DNA of 64,000 nucleotides from a virus. Numbering within the stretch: the stretch's first letter is position 1; each line of letters opens with the position of its first letter. The DNA lies in IMG/VR virus record IMGVR_UViG_3300012936_003490, positions 12,957 through 76,956 of that record; one strand, 5' to 3'. The notes under the pieces were generated by a model, which was given only the letters and a program-made list of their open reading frames with translations, was not told the DNA's origin and did no database searches. The translations under genes were made by a program, and so were the position numbers. Shown one piece after another: positions 26,860 to 37,000 of the stretch.

Positions 26860-27792
26860 TTAAAAGGTATTTGTTGAACCTAATGCAACCGATGGTGCAG
26901 TAACTTCTACGTTTACACCTGTTGCCCTACGATGATAAAGCGTAGTTGTTAGTGTACCTTGGACAGGTTCGTCTACTAATGGCCCAAATGGTGCTGGTGG
27001 ACTCGGATTTGGTCTGTCACCTTCATCGTCATCTCTAAAAAATATTCTTACTCTAATACCATTTGCAATATAACGTATGAAAATTTGATAATCGTTTTCT
27101 GAGTAAGGAGTTGCTCCTCCTCTTTGATAAATTTGTACCTCAGATCCATTAGTGTTTAGGTCATACATTCCTGTGTCTGTTATGGTGCCTCCAGAACCAC
27201 CGCCATCTGCAAAAGCACTTGTATAGTTAATTACAACATTCGGTGCATTGTCTATCATGTTTTTCCAGTCAAGAGTTTTTGCTTCACTTCCAGTATATGC
27301 TAAAGATGTTACAACTTTTAAAGATCCTCCTGCATTCCAAAATGCTTTGAAATCATTTGCACTTGCCCATGATAATTCAATATCATGTATTTGTACTCCG
27401 TTCCAATTAGTTTTTGTTTTATTAGATGCAGTTGCCAACGTGCTTTGGTCAGTAGCCAAAAGAAATCTATTTGTTGTCACTGTGCTTAGTGCAGATTCGT
27501 ATTCATCATGGATTACTTTTGTAATTCCAGTATCAGCATCTGTCAATGTAAGCGCAACTGCGTTACTACCACCTGCTTGGTGTGCAGACGCTTTTCTAAT
27601 ATCAGTTCTTAGTGCATTCCATTGGGTTGATGTGATAGTATCACCAACAGACACACTTGGAGCAGATATTGTTTGATTATATCCTGTTGAAGAATCTCCT
27701 GAACCTGCAGGAGTTCCCATTATAGTGTTTATTCCACTACGTAGTGCAGTATATTCTGCTTCTCCAATTGTTTGTCCTACATTGACCGGCAT
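26860..27792 (-). CDS. Putative virion structural protein
   Basis: Gly/Thr/Ser-rich, GYNQT...ITSTQWNALRTDI motif; has a late promoter and an AAAGGAG RBS; lies in the tail module. Confidence 0.6.
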   Translation of the reverse strand: MPVNVGQTIGEAEYTALRSGINTIMGTPAGSGDSSTGYNQTISAPSVSVGDTITSTQWNALRTDIRKASAHQAGGSNAVALTLTDADTGITKVIHDEYESALSTVTTNRFLLATDQSTLATASNKTKTNWNGVQIHDIELSWASANDFKAFWNAGGSLKVVTSLAYTGSEAKTLDWKNMIDNAPNVVINYTSAFADGGGSGGTITDTGMYDLNTNGSEVQIYQRGGATPYSENDYQIFIRYIANGIRVRIFFRDDDEGDRPNPSPPAPFGPLVDEPVQGTLTTTLYHRRATGVNVEVTAPSVALGSTNTF

Positions 27793-27816
27793 ACTATCTC
27801 CTTTTAACTACGCAGT

Positions 27817-27824
27817 TATTTATA
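27817..27824 (-). promoter_or_regulatory. T4-type late promoter TATAAATA
   Basis: Exact T4 gp55 consensus, overlapping the TAA stop of the upstream gene. Confidence 0.75.
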
Positions 27825-29352
27825 CCTTCAAAACACACTCTATCAATTTTTCGTCTTCTGAATCGCTTGCTTCTAAAGCAATGCCTACTAGTCCGCTTGT
27901 TGCAACAGTAGAACACACACCATCTGCCCATGCATAAACTGGATCTCCTTTTTTAACCATTCCTTTAACCCTTACAGGAACACGGCCTTTTAATCCAATT
28001 GCCTGGCCTTCTGATCCACTGTTCATTAGATAAGCAGGTTCAGCTGATATCACACCTATACACATGCAACTAGAAGCACATGCTGTAGTTTCAGCATCTC
28101 CTCCTACACACATTGCTGTGCCTACTGGATATTCTTTATCTGTTGTATACTTCTCAGCTAAGTCAGCATATCTTGCACTTGTAGCTAATCCTTGGAAAAG
28201 GACCGCATTTAGATTTCCTGCCGCATCTCTTACTGCAACTGTGTTTCCGCCTGCGGCGCTGTCTGATCCTACATCTGGATTTCTTGCTGTGCCGCTTACT
28301 ATTAATTGTTCTGCCTTTTGGGAAGTACCATAAAAATTATTTGCATATATGCTATTAAATCTTATAAAATCATCTGCACCTGGTGATGTTTCATCTTTAC
28401 CAATGTTAATTGATTTATAAACTGTTGGCCCTGTGCTTTGAATACCTGGTAAAATTTCTCCTGGACGAATATCTATTACATTGACACTTGCTCCACCAGT
28501 TTCTTTTACTCTAAATTTAATTTCGTCACCTTGCGAATTTTGAATCACACCTTCGTTGTCATTTTCAATAAACAATTTAAGATCAAGTCCTGCACCAATA
28601 GCAATACCTGCATCTGTCTGAAAGTTTGTTATTTCTGTGAATACTGTGGGTGCACCTGGATTAGCAGTGACATAATTACTTGCATCAACTCCATTAAGTT
28701 TCAATGCATTAGATGCAGTACCGTGGAATTGATGATCTGTGCTAGTGACACCGGCAGTTGCACTCTGTGTATTTTTAAGTGTAACACCTTGTCTTACAAC
28801 GTCAAATCCTGAAATGGCGTTTTCAGCATCTGCGCTGTCAATTGTAAACTCTACAGGGCTTATTATAAAAATTACTTCATCATTTACTGTAGCGGCAATA
28901 ACGCTTCTTGATATAGAACCAGTGTCTCTAACAGTTTTACTTTGCATTTGTGTGATGCCTGAACCAGCATCTTGGGGTCCTACTAATACAAAGTCTGTTC
29001 CGTTGTATGCATATAATTGTTGGTTAGTTGTATCCCACCAAAAATCACCAGTTGATAAACCTGCAGGAGCAGTAGCACTTATTTCTGCACCGCCTGTTGT
29101 ACGCCATTTACCACCGTCATAAAACTTTAATTTGCTGTTTGCACTATCAAACCAGATTTGACCTCTTATAGCCCTCGGTGGTTGATTAGCACCTGCAAAA
29201 TTTTCTAGTAAAAATACAAAGTTTTCGTTTTGTATTTCGCCATACCCTGCATAATTTTTACCAACAAGTTTTATGTCGGTAGTTTGGTCAATAGTACCGT
29301 CTTGAACTACTGTAAGCTGGGTAGTATCATATTTGTTAATTGTATACGCCAT
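27820..29352 (-). CDS. Tail fibre/baseplate appendage protein with C-terminal peptidase G2-like intramolecular chaperone
   Basis: Shared N-terminal module (LVGKNYAGYGE...LLENFA...GQIW); C-terminal ARYADLAEKY...GRVPVRV...KGD. Confidence 0.65.
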   Translation of the reverse strand: MAYTINKYDTTQLTVVQDGTIDQTTDIKLVGKNYAGYGEIQNENFVFLLENFAGANQPPRAIRGQIWFDSANSKLKFYDGGKWRTTGGAEISATAPAGLSTGDFWWDTTNQQLYAYNGTDFVLVGPQDAGSGITQMQSKTVRDTGSISRSVIAATVNDEVIFIISPVEFTIDSADAENAISGFDVVRQGVTLKNTQSATAGVTSTDHQFHGTASNALKLNGVDASNYVTANPGAPTVFTEITNFQTDAGIAIGAGLDLKLFIENDNEGVIQNSQGDEIKFRVKETGGASVNVIDIRPGEILPGIQSTGPTVYKSINIGKDETSPGADDFIRFNSIYANNFYGTSQKAEQLIVSGTARNPDVGSDSAAGGNTVAVRDAAGNLNAVLFQGLATSARYADLAEKYTTDKEYPVGTAMCVGGDAETTACASSCMCIGVISAEPAYLMNSGSEGQAIGLKGRVPVRVKGMVKKGDPVYAWADGVCSTVATSGLVGIALEASDSEDEKLIECVLKV

Positions 29353-29373
29353 TTATAAACCCCTTGTTGCAAG

Positions 29374-29381
29374 TATTTATC
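29374..29381 (-). promoter_or_regulatory. Late promoter GATAAATA
   Basis: TAAATA core in the intergenic gap, 21 nt before ATG 29352. Confidence 0.65.
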
Positions 29382-29387
29382 ATATCC

Positions 29388-31310
29388 TTACGGATATGTT
29401 ACTGTGCTATTGTGCGTCCACACGCCCCCTGTTATTGTAAATGTCATTGTATACCTTGCTGGTGTCAATGACACAGTTCCTGATGCAGTATTTGTAGCAG
29501 TAATATCTTGTATCACTGTTTGGTTTTGCGTTCCTGCACTATCTACTGCAATGCTTGATTTTTGTAGTGTCTTTGTTGCATCTGGTGATGTTCCTACAGA
29601 CACATTTATTCCACTAACTGTAGCAGAAGCATATGATGTACAATGTATTTTTGCAACTTTACCGTTGGATGCTCCGGATGCAGTGTATATGCTGTTCAAC
29701 ACACTTCTTACATCAGTAATCGGTCCACTTGCTGTTCCTGCTGGATCAGGTGTTGAAAAACCTGTAATATCAAGAGAAAACGCAATATTTTCTGTTGTAA
29801 CAGTATTATCAACATATCCTTTGTTTGCAACATCAACAGCAACAGTAGGATCAGCTACGCCTGTTATTTTTTGTGAATTAATTGTAATATCGCCAGTTGA
29901 AGTAATATTCAACGCACCTGGGGAACTTATACTTCCCACCGCGGCATTTCCTGAAACAGTCAAACTGCTTAATGTACCAACACTTGTAAGTGAACTATTT
30001 ACAACCCCGCTTCCAAGTGTTGTTGCCGTCAAAACATTATTGTTGTTGATTCTAAAAGACTTACCTAATTCAAGATCAATATTCTGATTGCTTGTAAAGT
30101 TTCCTGTTGCATTACGCCATACAAAATCTTTACTACCGTTTAAACTATTAACAACAAAGCCGCCGCCATCAACTTGTGCGTCTGTCAATTCAGTAGAATC
30201 TTCAGATACACCTAAATTAATTTGCGGATCTTGGATACGCATTTGTTCTGTATCAACTGCAAAAGTAGTACCAGTAATAATTAGGTTTCCTGCAACTGTA
30301 AGATCTCCTGTAAATCTGCCACTGCCGGTAATGTCTAATTCAACTGTAGGTGTTGTTTGAAAAAGTCCAAATCTACTATTACTTGCATCAAAATGTAAAG
30401 CAGGAATCTGATCGTTTCCGACTAATCTTCGTAATTGGAAGTCTTGGTTTTGCTCTAATAAATCAATCACTGTAGTTGTATCATTATCAAGCACTTTGAA
30501 AACACCGTATTGTGTGTCCCCTACACCAACTTTAAGTCCGGTGATTCCTTTTACAAACAGTCCACCTTCCATAGTCTGGTCAACAATTAAATTTTGATTA
30601 TCACGTTCATTTGTTCTAACAAAATCTGTAGAACTATAATTTACACCATTTGAATCAACAAGGTTTTCAGCTGTTGATGCTATACCATTCCAACGATATG
30701 CAACATTATCTCCATTGTCAATTTCATATAAAGGATTGAATCCTACCTTTATCAATCTACCGCTTGCATACGGTAATAATGTATCATCTGCTCTAGGTGT
30801 AAATTGCACATGGCTGTGTATACCTACAAGATTACCTTGTATATACTGTGCAAGCACCGCTCTAATCCTACCAGCAGTGTCAATCATTGTAATCGCTTCT
30901 AAAGAAGTTTTTCCTTGTGCAGAGCTATATGGCGGACCTACTAGAACTAAATCTGTACCATCATAAAAATAAAGTTTGTTTTCTTCATTGTTTATCCACA
31001 AATCACCTGCTATCATATTTGGTTGAGTTGCGCTTACAATCGGCCCACCCGCAATTCTAAAAGTATCTCCGTTATATACTTTTAAGCGTTCAGTGCTTTT
31101 GTCATACCATAGTTGTCCTGCTAATGGATTTGACGGCGTAGATGTAGAAGCAAAATTTTCTAAAAGTTTTATGTAATTTTCATTAAGGAATTCTCCAAAA
31201 CCTTTGTAATTTCGTCCAACTAGTATTAAATCTGAGCTAGTATTATCAATTATACCGTCTTGTAATTCAACAAGTAAAGTGCCGTCTGTTTTATTAAGTT
31301 TATAACTCAT
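29388..31310 (-). CDS. Tail fibre/baseplate protein (paralogue)
   Basis: Same N-terminal module (LVGRNYKGFGE...LLENFA...GQLW...GDLW); fibre-like repeats SSLTSVGTLSSL and DVANKGYVD. Confidence 0.65.
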   Translation of the reverse strand: MSYKLNKTDGTLLVELQDGIIDNTSSDLILVGRNYKGFGEFLNENYIKLLENFASTSTPSNPLAGQLWYDKSTERLKVYNGDTFRIAGGPIVSATQPNMIAGDLWINNEENKLYFYDGTDLVLVGPPYSSAQGKTSLEAITMIDTAGRIRAVLAQYIQGNLVGIHSHVQFTPRADDTLLPYASGRLIKVGFNPLYEIDNGDNVAYRWNGIASTAENLVDSNGVNYSSTDFVRTNERDNQNLIVDQTMEGGLFVKGITGLKVGVGDTQYGVFKVLDNDTTTVIDLLEQNQDFQLRRLVGNDQIPALHFDASNSRFGLFQTTPTVELDITGSGRFTGDLTVAGNLIITGTTFAVDTEQMRIQDPQINLGVSEDSTELTDAQVDGGGFVVNSLNGSKDFVWRNATGNFTSNQNIDLELGKSFRINNNNVLTATTLGSGVVNSSLTSVGTLSSLTVSGNAAVGSISSPGALNITSTGDITINSQKITGVADPTVAVDVANKGYVDNTVTTENIAFSLDITGFSTPDPAGTASGPITDVRSVLNSIYTASGASNGKVAKIHCTSYASATVSGINVSVGTSPDATKTLQKSSIAVDSAGTQNQTVIQDITATNTASGTVSLTPARYTMTFTITGGVWTHNSTVTYP

Positions 31311-33418
31311 GCTACTACTCCAGTATAAATCAAGTAATTAATTGTTTGGTAGGGATTCATAACATTTAACGGATCACTTGCTGAGTTAGTCCTATCAACA
31401 CCACCACTCTTTTCAATAGTTTGTGATGGAGTATCATTAGGAGTCTCAGTGACTTCAATCCTGCTAAGATCAGCATCTCCTGGTTTATCTCCTTGTGTTC
31501 CATCAATCGCTCTAACAAGATTGAACTGTGTTCCGTTTTCACTAGTCAAATCATGTTCGTGTTCTGGTAAATTTTCTAATTCAATTGAACGTGTAGGTAA
31601 TCCGTCTACAGATCCTATTGTTTGAGCATTAAGTTCTCTATTCCTGTTATCAGGATCTGGATCTGGTGGTATAGGTGGATTAGTTCCGCCCATGTACACA
31701 TTACCTAATGGAAATCTACCTCTCAAATCAGGCAATATAAAGTTTCCTGTTGTAGGCTCAGCACCGTAACTAAATCCAATTAACTGGAAAAGGCTGTTGT
31801 ATGTGCCTTGACTTAATTCTTGTCCATTGCAAAATTTCCAACCCGGTGGTTCAATATTTCCTGCATATGGCATAACACTACCTACAGGCGCTAGTCCAGC
31901 AATATTAGAAAACAAAGTTTGTCGTGATATTCTTCTTAAGCCTGTGCTTTGACCGCTTATCCTATCTATTAAAAATTCATCATTTGATAAACTGTCGTTT
32001 ACTTGATCTTTACTTGAAATAATTGTATTTTTAATTGAAAGATCAAAGGTTTTTAGTGTACCACCAGTGGTGCCGTCAAACACCTGTTCTGAGGTTTCTA
32101 CATCTCCTGTAATTCTAAATGTTGTAGGAGTATTAAGTTTTTCTGCACTTCCTGCTGTTCCAGAAGCATTACCTAATAATGTTCCTTCAAGAGTTCCGAA
32201 GAATGTTGTTGCATGTATTTCGCGCCATTTGTTAGAATCACTACCTATGTTACGCGAATTGTTAATATCAGGCATTATAAGTTCACTTTCAGGTGTATCA
32301 ACAATTAAGTTGTTGTTACCTAATGTAATGCCTTTTTGTATAATAATATTTTCACCTACATTTAAAGTTTTAGCAATACCAGCGCCACCTTTGACTACAA
32401 GACTGCCTGTACTAATATTTGTACTTTCAGTCACATCATTCAATTTTATTTTTCCGCTAGTTTGTAAATTTCCTGTAATATCAAGTGCTTCGTCAGGCGC
32501 TTCATTATTGATGCCTACTCGCAGACTACTATCTACACGCAATACTGTATTGCTAGATCCTGAATTACGAACACGCATATCAATATTAGATCCTTCGATA
32601 TTGTGTTGTATAACTCCTGCACTACCTTCAATACCTATACCTAATTCACCGTTTATACCGTAAGATATACCTGCGTTGTTTTGAATATTTAATGGGACTG
32701 TTGCTGTAGATTCAACATCTCCACGTAAAAAGTTAGAAGATGGAACTGCAAGATCATTAACAATTAAGTTTTCAGCTCTTTCTGCAATTCCATAAAATTT
32801 AACATTATTGATACCGTCACCGTCTGTATCTCTGCTTGCTAAATTAATTCCAGGTTTAACTACTGTAAACCCAGGAATAGTTGCTTTAGGTGTAAATTCA
32901 TCAAATGCAATAAGTGCAACAATGTTTGCATTTACTTCAACTTGTATTACTTTATGATCAATATTATCTTGTCCAACAATAGTTGCTGGTGATGTTCCTG
33001 TCGTTAATCCGTCACTAAATTCTGGACCTACAAGTATCCAACCCGATCCACTAAACAAATATAACTGTTGCGTTTCGGAATTTGCCCATAAATCGCCTGC
33101 TGTGGCTTCGGTTCCGTCTGGTTGGCTAGCACTTTTGATTAGTCCTCCTGCTGGCTTAAAGCGTGTGCCATCATATACTAACAATTCATTTCTTGTAGCC
33201 GAATCATTAAACCATAGTTGTCCTTTAGTTGGGTTGTCTGGTTCTGTTGCATTTGAAAAATTTTCAAGTAAGTGAAGTAAAGATTCTGCAATAACTTGTC
33301 CGTATCCTGAACTGCCCTTGCCAGGAATACCTATACTTGTGCTACGGTTAATAGTACCGTCTTCAACTATAACAGGGTCTTTGTCAGCACTATTTGTAAA
33401 TTGTATTGTATATGCCAT
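31307..33418 (-). CDS. Tail fibre protein with phage tail-collar domain (gp12/gp10-like)
   Basis: Same N-terminal module; tail-collar motif PVGSVMPYAG...GWKFCNGQ...LF..IG..YG...F.LPDLRGRFPLG; ends NPYQTINYLIYTG. Confidence 0.75.
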   Translation of the reverse strand: MAYTIQFTNSADKDPVIVEDGTINRSTSIGIPGKGSSGYGQVIAESLLHLLENFSNATEPDNPTKGQLWFNDSATRNELLVYDGTRFKPAGGLIKSASQPDGTEATAGDLWANSETQQLYLFSGSGWILVGPEFSDGLTTGTSPATIVGQDNIDHKVIQVEVNANIVALIAFDEFTPKATIPGFTVVKPGINLASRDTDGDGINNVKFYGIAERAENLIVNDLAVPSSNFLRGDVESTATVPLNIQNNAGISYGINGELGIGIEGSAGVIQHNIEGSNIDMRVRNSGSSNTVLRVDSSLRVGINNEAPDEALDITGNLQTSGKIKLNDVTESTNISTGSLVVKGGAGIAKTLNVGENIIIQKGITLGNNNLIVDTPESELIMPDINNSRNIGSDSNKWREIHATTFFGTLEGTLLGNASGTAGSAEKLNTPTTFRITGDVETSEQVFDGTTGGTLKTFDLSIKNTIISSKDQVNDSLSNDEFLIDRISGQSTGLRRISRQTLFSNIAGLAPVGSVMPYAGNIEPPGWKFCNGQELSQGTYNSLFQLIGFSYGAEPTTGNFILPDLRGRFPLGNVYMGGTNPPIPPDPDPDNRNRELNAQTIGSVDGLPTRSIELENLPEHEHDLTSENGTQFNLVRAIDGTQGDKPGDADLSRIEVTETPNDTPSQTIEKSGGVDRTNSASDPLNVMNPYQTINYLIYTGVVA

Positions 33419-33422
33419 CTAC

Positions 33423-34037
33423 TTACCCCTCGTTAAATCCAGTTAAACTTTGTACTCTTACTGTGTAATCTATTTGAATCAATCTATTCAAGGATTTTTG
33501 TACAGGATGAAAAATGACATGTGTAAGTAATCTTCCACTACCTGATGCGCTGTATGCCTTCAATCCTAATTCGTCAAAAACATATAAACTATTATTATCT
33601 GTTGCTGTATCAAAGGCATCTTGTCCTGACGGCTCACCGTAGTCTAAAAGACAAGTTACAATTATATCAGTATAATTAGTTCCACTTACATGACGTGTTT
33701 CAATTTTATTTCTAGCAGGATCTAAATTGTTAACACTTCTGTCATCTACAACTTTTGTAAACGTTTCATTATACAAACTTGCATTTGTACCAGTAGAGTT
33801 TGGCGTAAGGTATGTTATAATTCCTGTAGGGTCAACACTTGTACCACCGTTTCCAAATCCCATTTCATAAATCCAACCTGTTCCACCGTTTCCTAAACTT
33901 TCTGCAAGGCTTATACTCATATTTTCATAATGAATAGCATTGCGTTTATCGACTAGAACTTCGCCAGATTCTGGATTATGTATCTTAATGTGTCCTTGTA
34001 TTAACACACCACTTTTTTCGTTTATTTTATCTGTCAT
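33423..34037 (-). CDS. Virion structural (baseplate/tail) protein
   Basis: Position between the fibre genes and the giant baseplate gene; late promoter; beta-rich sequence (FDELGL, VIFHPVQKSLNR). Confidence 0.6.
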   Translation of the reverse strand: MTDKINEKSGVLIQGHIKIHNPESGEVLVDKRNAIHYENMSISLAESLGNGGTGWIYEMGFGNGGTSVDPTGIITYLTPNSTGTNASLYNETFTKVVDDRSVNNLDPARNKIETRHVSGTNYTDIIVTCLLDYGEPSGQDAFDTATDNNSLYVFDELGLKAYSASGSGRLLTHVIFHPVQKSLNRLIQIDYTVRVQSLTGFNEG

Positions 34038-34059
34038 AGTTTATACCATCCTGCTGTTG

Positions 34060-34067
34060 TATTTATC
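34060..34067 (-). promoter_or_regulatory. Late promoter GATAAATA
   Basis: TAAATA core overlapping the stop codon of the 4981-aa gene. Confidence 0.65.
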
Positions 34068-37000
34068 GCGGTAAGTCAACTGTTGCGGCACGTAAGAATT
34101 TAGCAATGTTAGAATCACTATCTCCTAACGATATTCCGGGATCTGTCCATAATTTTCCTTGTCGTCTTACAACTATTATTTTTGTGTTTAAAATAGGAGG
34201 AGTAGATAACACTAAATCATTGCCATTTATAGTAAATTCTGGCGCTAATGTTTCATCTCCTTCTGGACTATCTTGTGCTATAGGATCTCCCCCAAACACA
34301 TAACTGCTTATACTATTTTTCCTCAAACGTTTTCCTGCAACAAATACTTCAAATTCGTTGACATTGTTGGGTGTAAAATCTAATGGATATTGTGTAGATG
34401 TACCATCAGCTGTAAGTATAGTTGTTAATGTTTCATCTTTGTATGGCATCACAGAATCTGGTCCTGAATCAAATACTTTTGTACCTTTGGCATACACATC
34501 TGCAACACCAGTACCTAATGTTCCTCTTCTAAACTGACTAATAACATTTCCGTTTCTTACAAAATATTCAATACGTTCTTTGTCAATAAAGATTACTGCT
34601 GGAATTCTAGCGCCTGCCTCTGGTGCAGGTAAATTGTCTCCGTTTATTACAGTTATACTCTGATCATATTGATGAAGATCTACAGCAAGAGTAACGTTGT
34701 CTTCATCTGAAATACGCTTGTATGCAGTTTTATTCATCATATCTTTAAATTGTGACCATCCATATCTATTTCTTGTTAAGGGTGCCGCAAAATGTATTAC
34801 TTGAACTACATCATTTTGATTAATTTCTGACTCTATTTTGACATATAACTTGTTATCTGTAACATAGTAATTTACACTCGGAGTAAGTAATTCGCCGTTG
34901 ATTGTTACCCATACATACTGAGCATCAACTGCTGGTTTATTAAGTTTTATTAATCCGTTTTGCAGATGTAAATATTTTTGATATGCATCTGTTCCTGGCG
35001 TCAATGTAATCCTATCAATAACATCGTATTCTATACGCTGAATATCTTGGTAATCATGATTTGTAAATTGATATATTTTGATATCTGTATTTTCTGCAAA
35101 CGTTGTATCAAAATGTATTTGGCTAGGAGTTTCTATAAAATCATTATTGTTTGGATCAAAATATCCAAATCTGTATTCTCCGGTATCCATAACAAATATA
35201 TCTAAATTATCTCCATCTTTTTGATCTACATCTGTTCTTAAGCGTAGTAATGTTTTACTTCCAACAGTCAAACTGTATTGATCACTGGTAAGTCTGTTTC
35301 CGTTTAGGTATACCTGCATCTTCTTTGCGCTAAGTGTACCTGGAGGGAACTGCCAAGTCTCCATTTCATATTCAATTTTTGTTTCTATTGCAGAAATGCG
35401 TAGTGAATATCCTGCATTTAATATCTGATTGCCAGCTTTCACAATTGTTTTGTATGATCCTGGTTGTTGTGTCCCTGGTGTTTGTGTTAAACTGTAAATA
35501 GTTGTACTTCCGTCAGCAATAATATTTTGTATGTTAACTTCACTGTAATTTTTTATATCTTCATCTGCATCAAATATTGCAAAGCGTATCACATCACCAA
35601 CCACAGGAGGTTGAGCAAAACGTATTACAACGTTTCCGGCAATACCATCTTTATCAATAGTACTTTCTTCAAACGAATTATCTATTGTATTTCCATTTAG
35701 ACTTACTATATTTTGTAGTTCGTCTTTATATCTTACATTTGTAACAAATCTTGCTGTACTGCCATCTGCAATTATAGTATCTATGTCTAATATTTCTGCG
35801 CCACTTACATCTAGTGTTACAATGTTTAATATTTTATTTGCAGTAGGTGCGGTAGAAAACACTATTTCATTTGTAGAGTAATCTACAGTATAATTAGTAA
35901 CTATGATATTATCTATTTTTACAAATACATTTATATTTGCTATTGGTGTTGTGCCGATTGCAAAATTAGTTGTTGTACCATCTGTCTCATAAACACAAGA
36001 CACTATATTGCTTGCACCTCCTCTAGGCTTTTCATAAACTTTTATATCCACTGTATCAAGAACTTGGCCTGGTATTTGTTCTTCTGGTCCGGCACTTGTT
36101 GTAGGCGTTACAAATCCGTCGCCGTCAATAGTAATATCCCCACTTGCAATACCTGTTGCTGTTGAATAATTTAAGTTTCCACCTTGTAGAATACTATCAT
36201 AAGTTTGTTCGTTTGGTAAGAATGTACCATCACTTGTAGACTTACGAATAATTAGTACATCACCATCACCAACCTGTATTACTGCACCAGTATTGTTACC
36301 TAAAGGATCGTAAGTTTGTACTTTAAAATCATCTAAGAACATTGTTTGTGTTATGCCGTCACCTATAAGGCTTGTCATAATAGCATTTGGATTAGTAGTA
36401 ACAGTGCTACCATCGTAATTAGGATCATCCAATCTTACATTATTTTTATATACGTGATATTCTACACCTTGTTCCAAAGGTTTATTTAATTGTATTTCGA
36501 CAGTGCTTCCATCAAATTCAAATATTTCATCCTCAAATGTATTATCATAAGTGTCCCAAGTTGATTCAAAGTAATTATCTGTGTCCCAACCTTGTGATTG
36601 TTCAAAACCAAAACTCTTAACCTCAACTCCACCATAGTCTATACCGGTCATAAGTTGACCTAGTGATTTACCTAATTGTCCTTTTTGAGGATTATATAGT
36701 TTTTCGATCCTGTCAGGTGCATGGAACAGCTCTGCAGATATCTTATATGTTATTACAATAGTTTCTTCTTTGTTAGGTTTTTCAACAAATTCTATTCTAC
36801 CAAAATATCTCTCATATGTAGCGTCTTTATCTAATATATTTTCGTATGTGTATTCGTTACTTAATAGTTCAATATTATTTTTTGTTACGATAACATTAGT
36901 GATATCTAAATCTATAGGCCATTTAAGATCAAACTGGAATTCGCTTCCAGATGCTGTAAATGTCTCAGTTTTATCAATATTTGTATAAACATAAGTTCCT

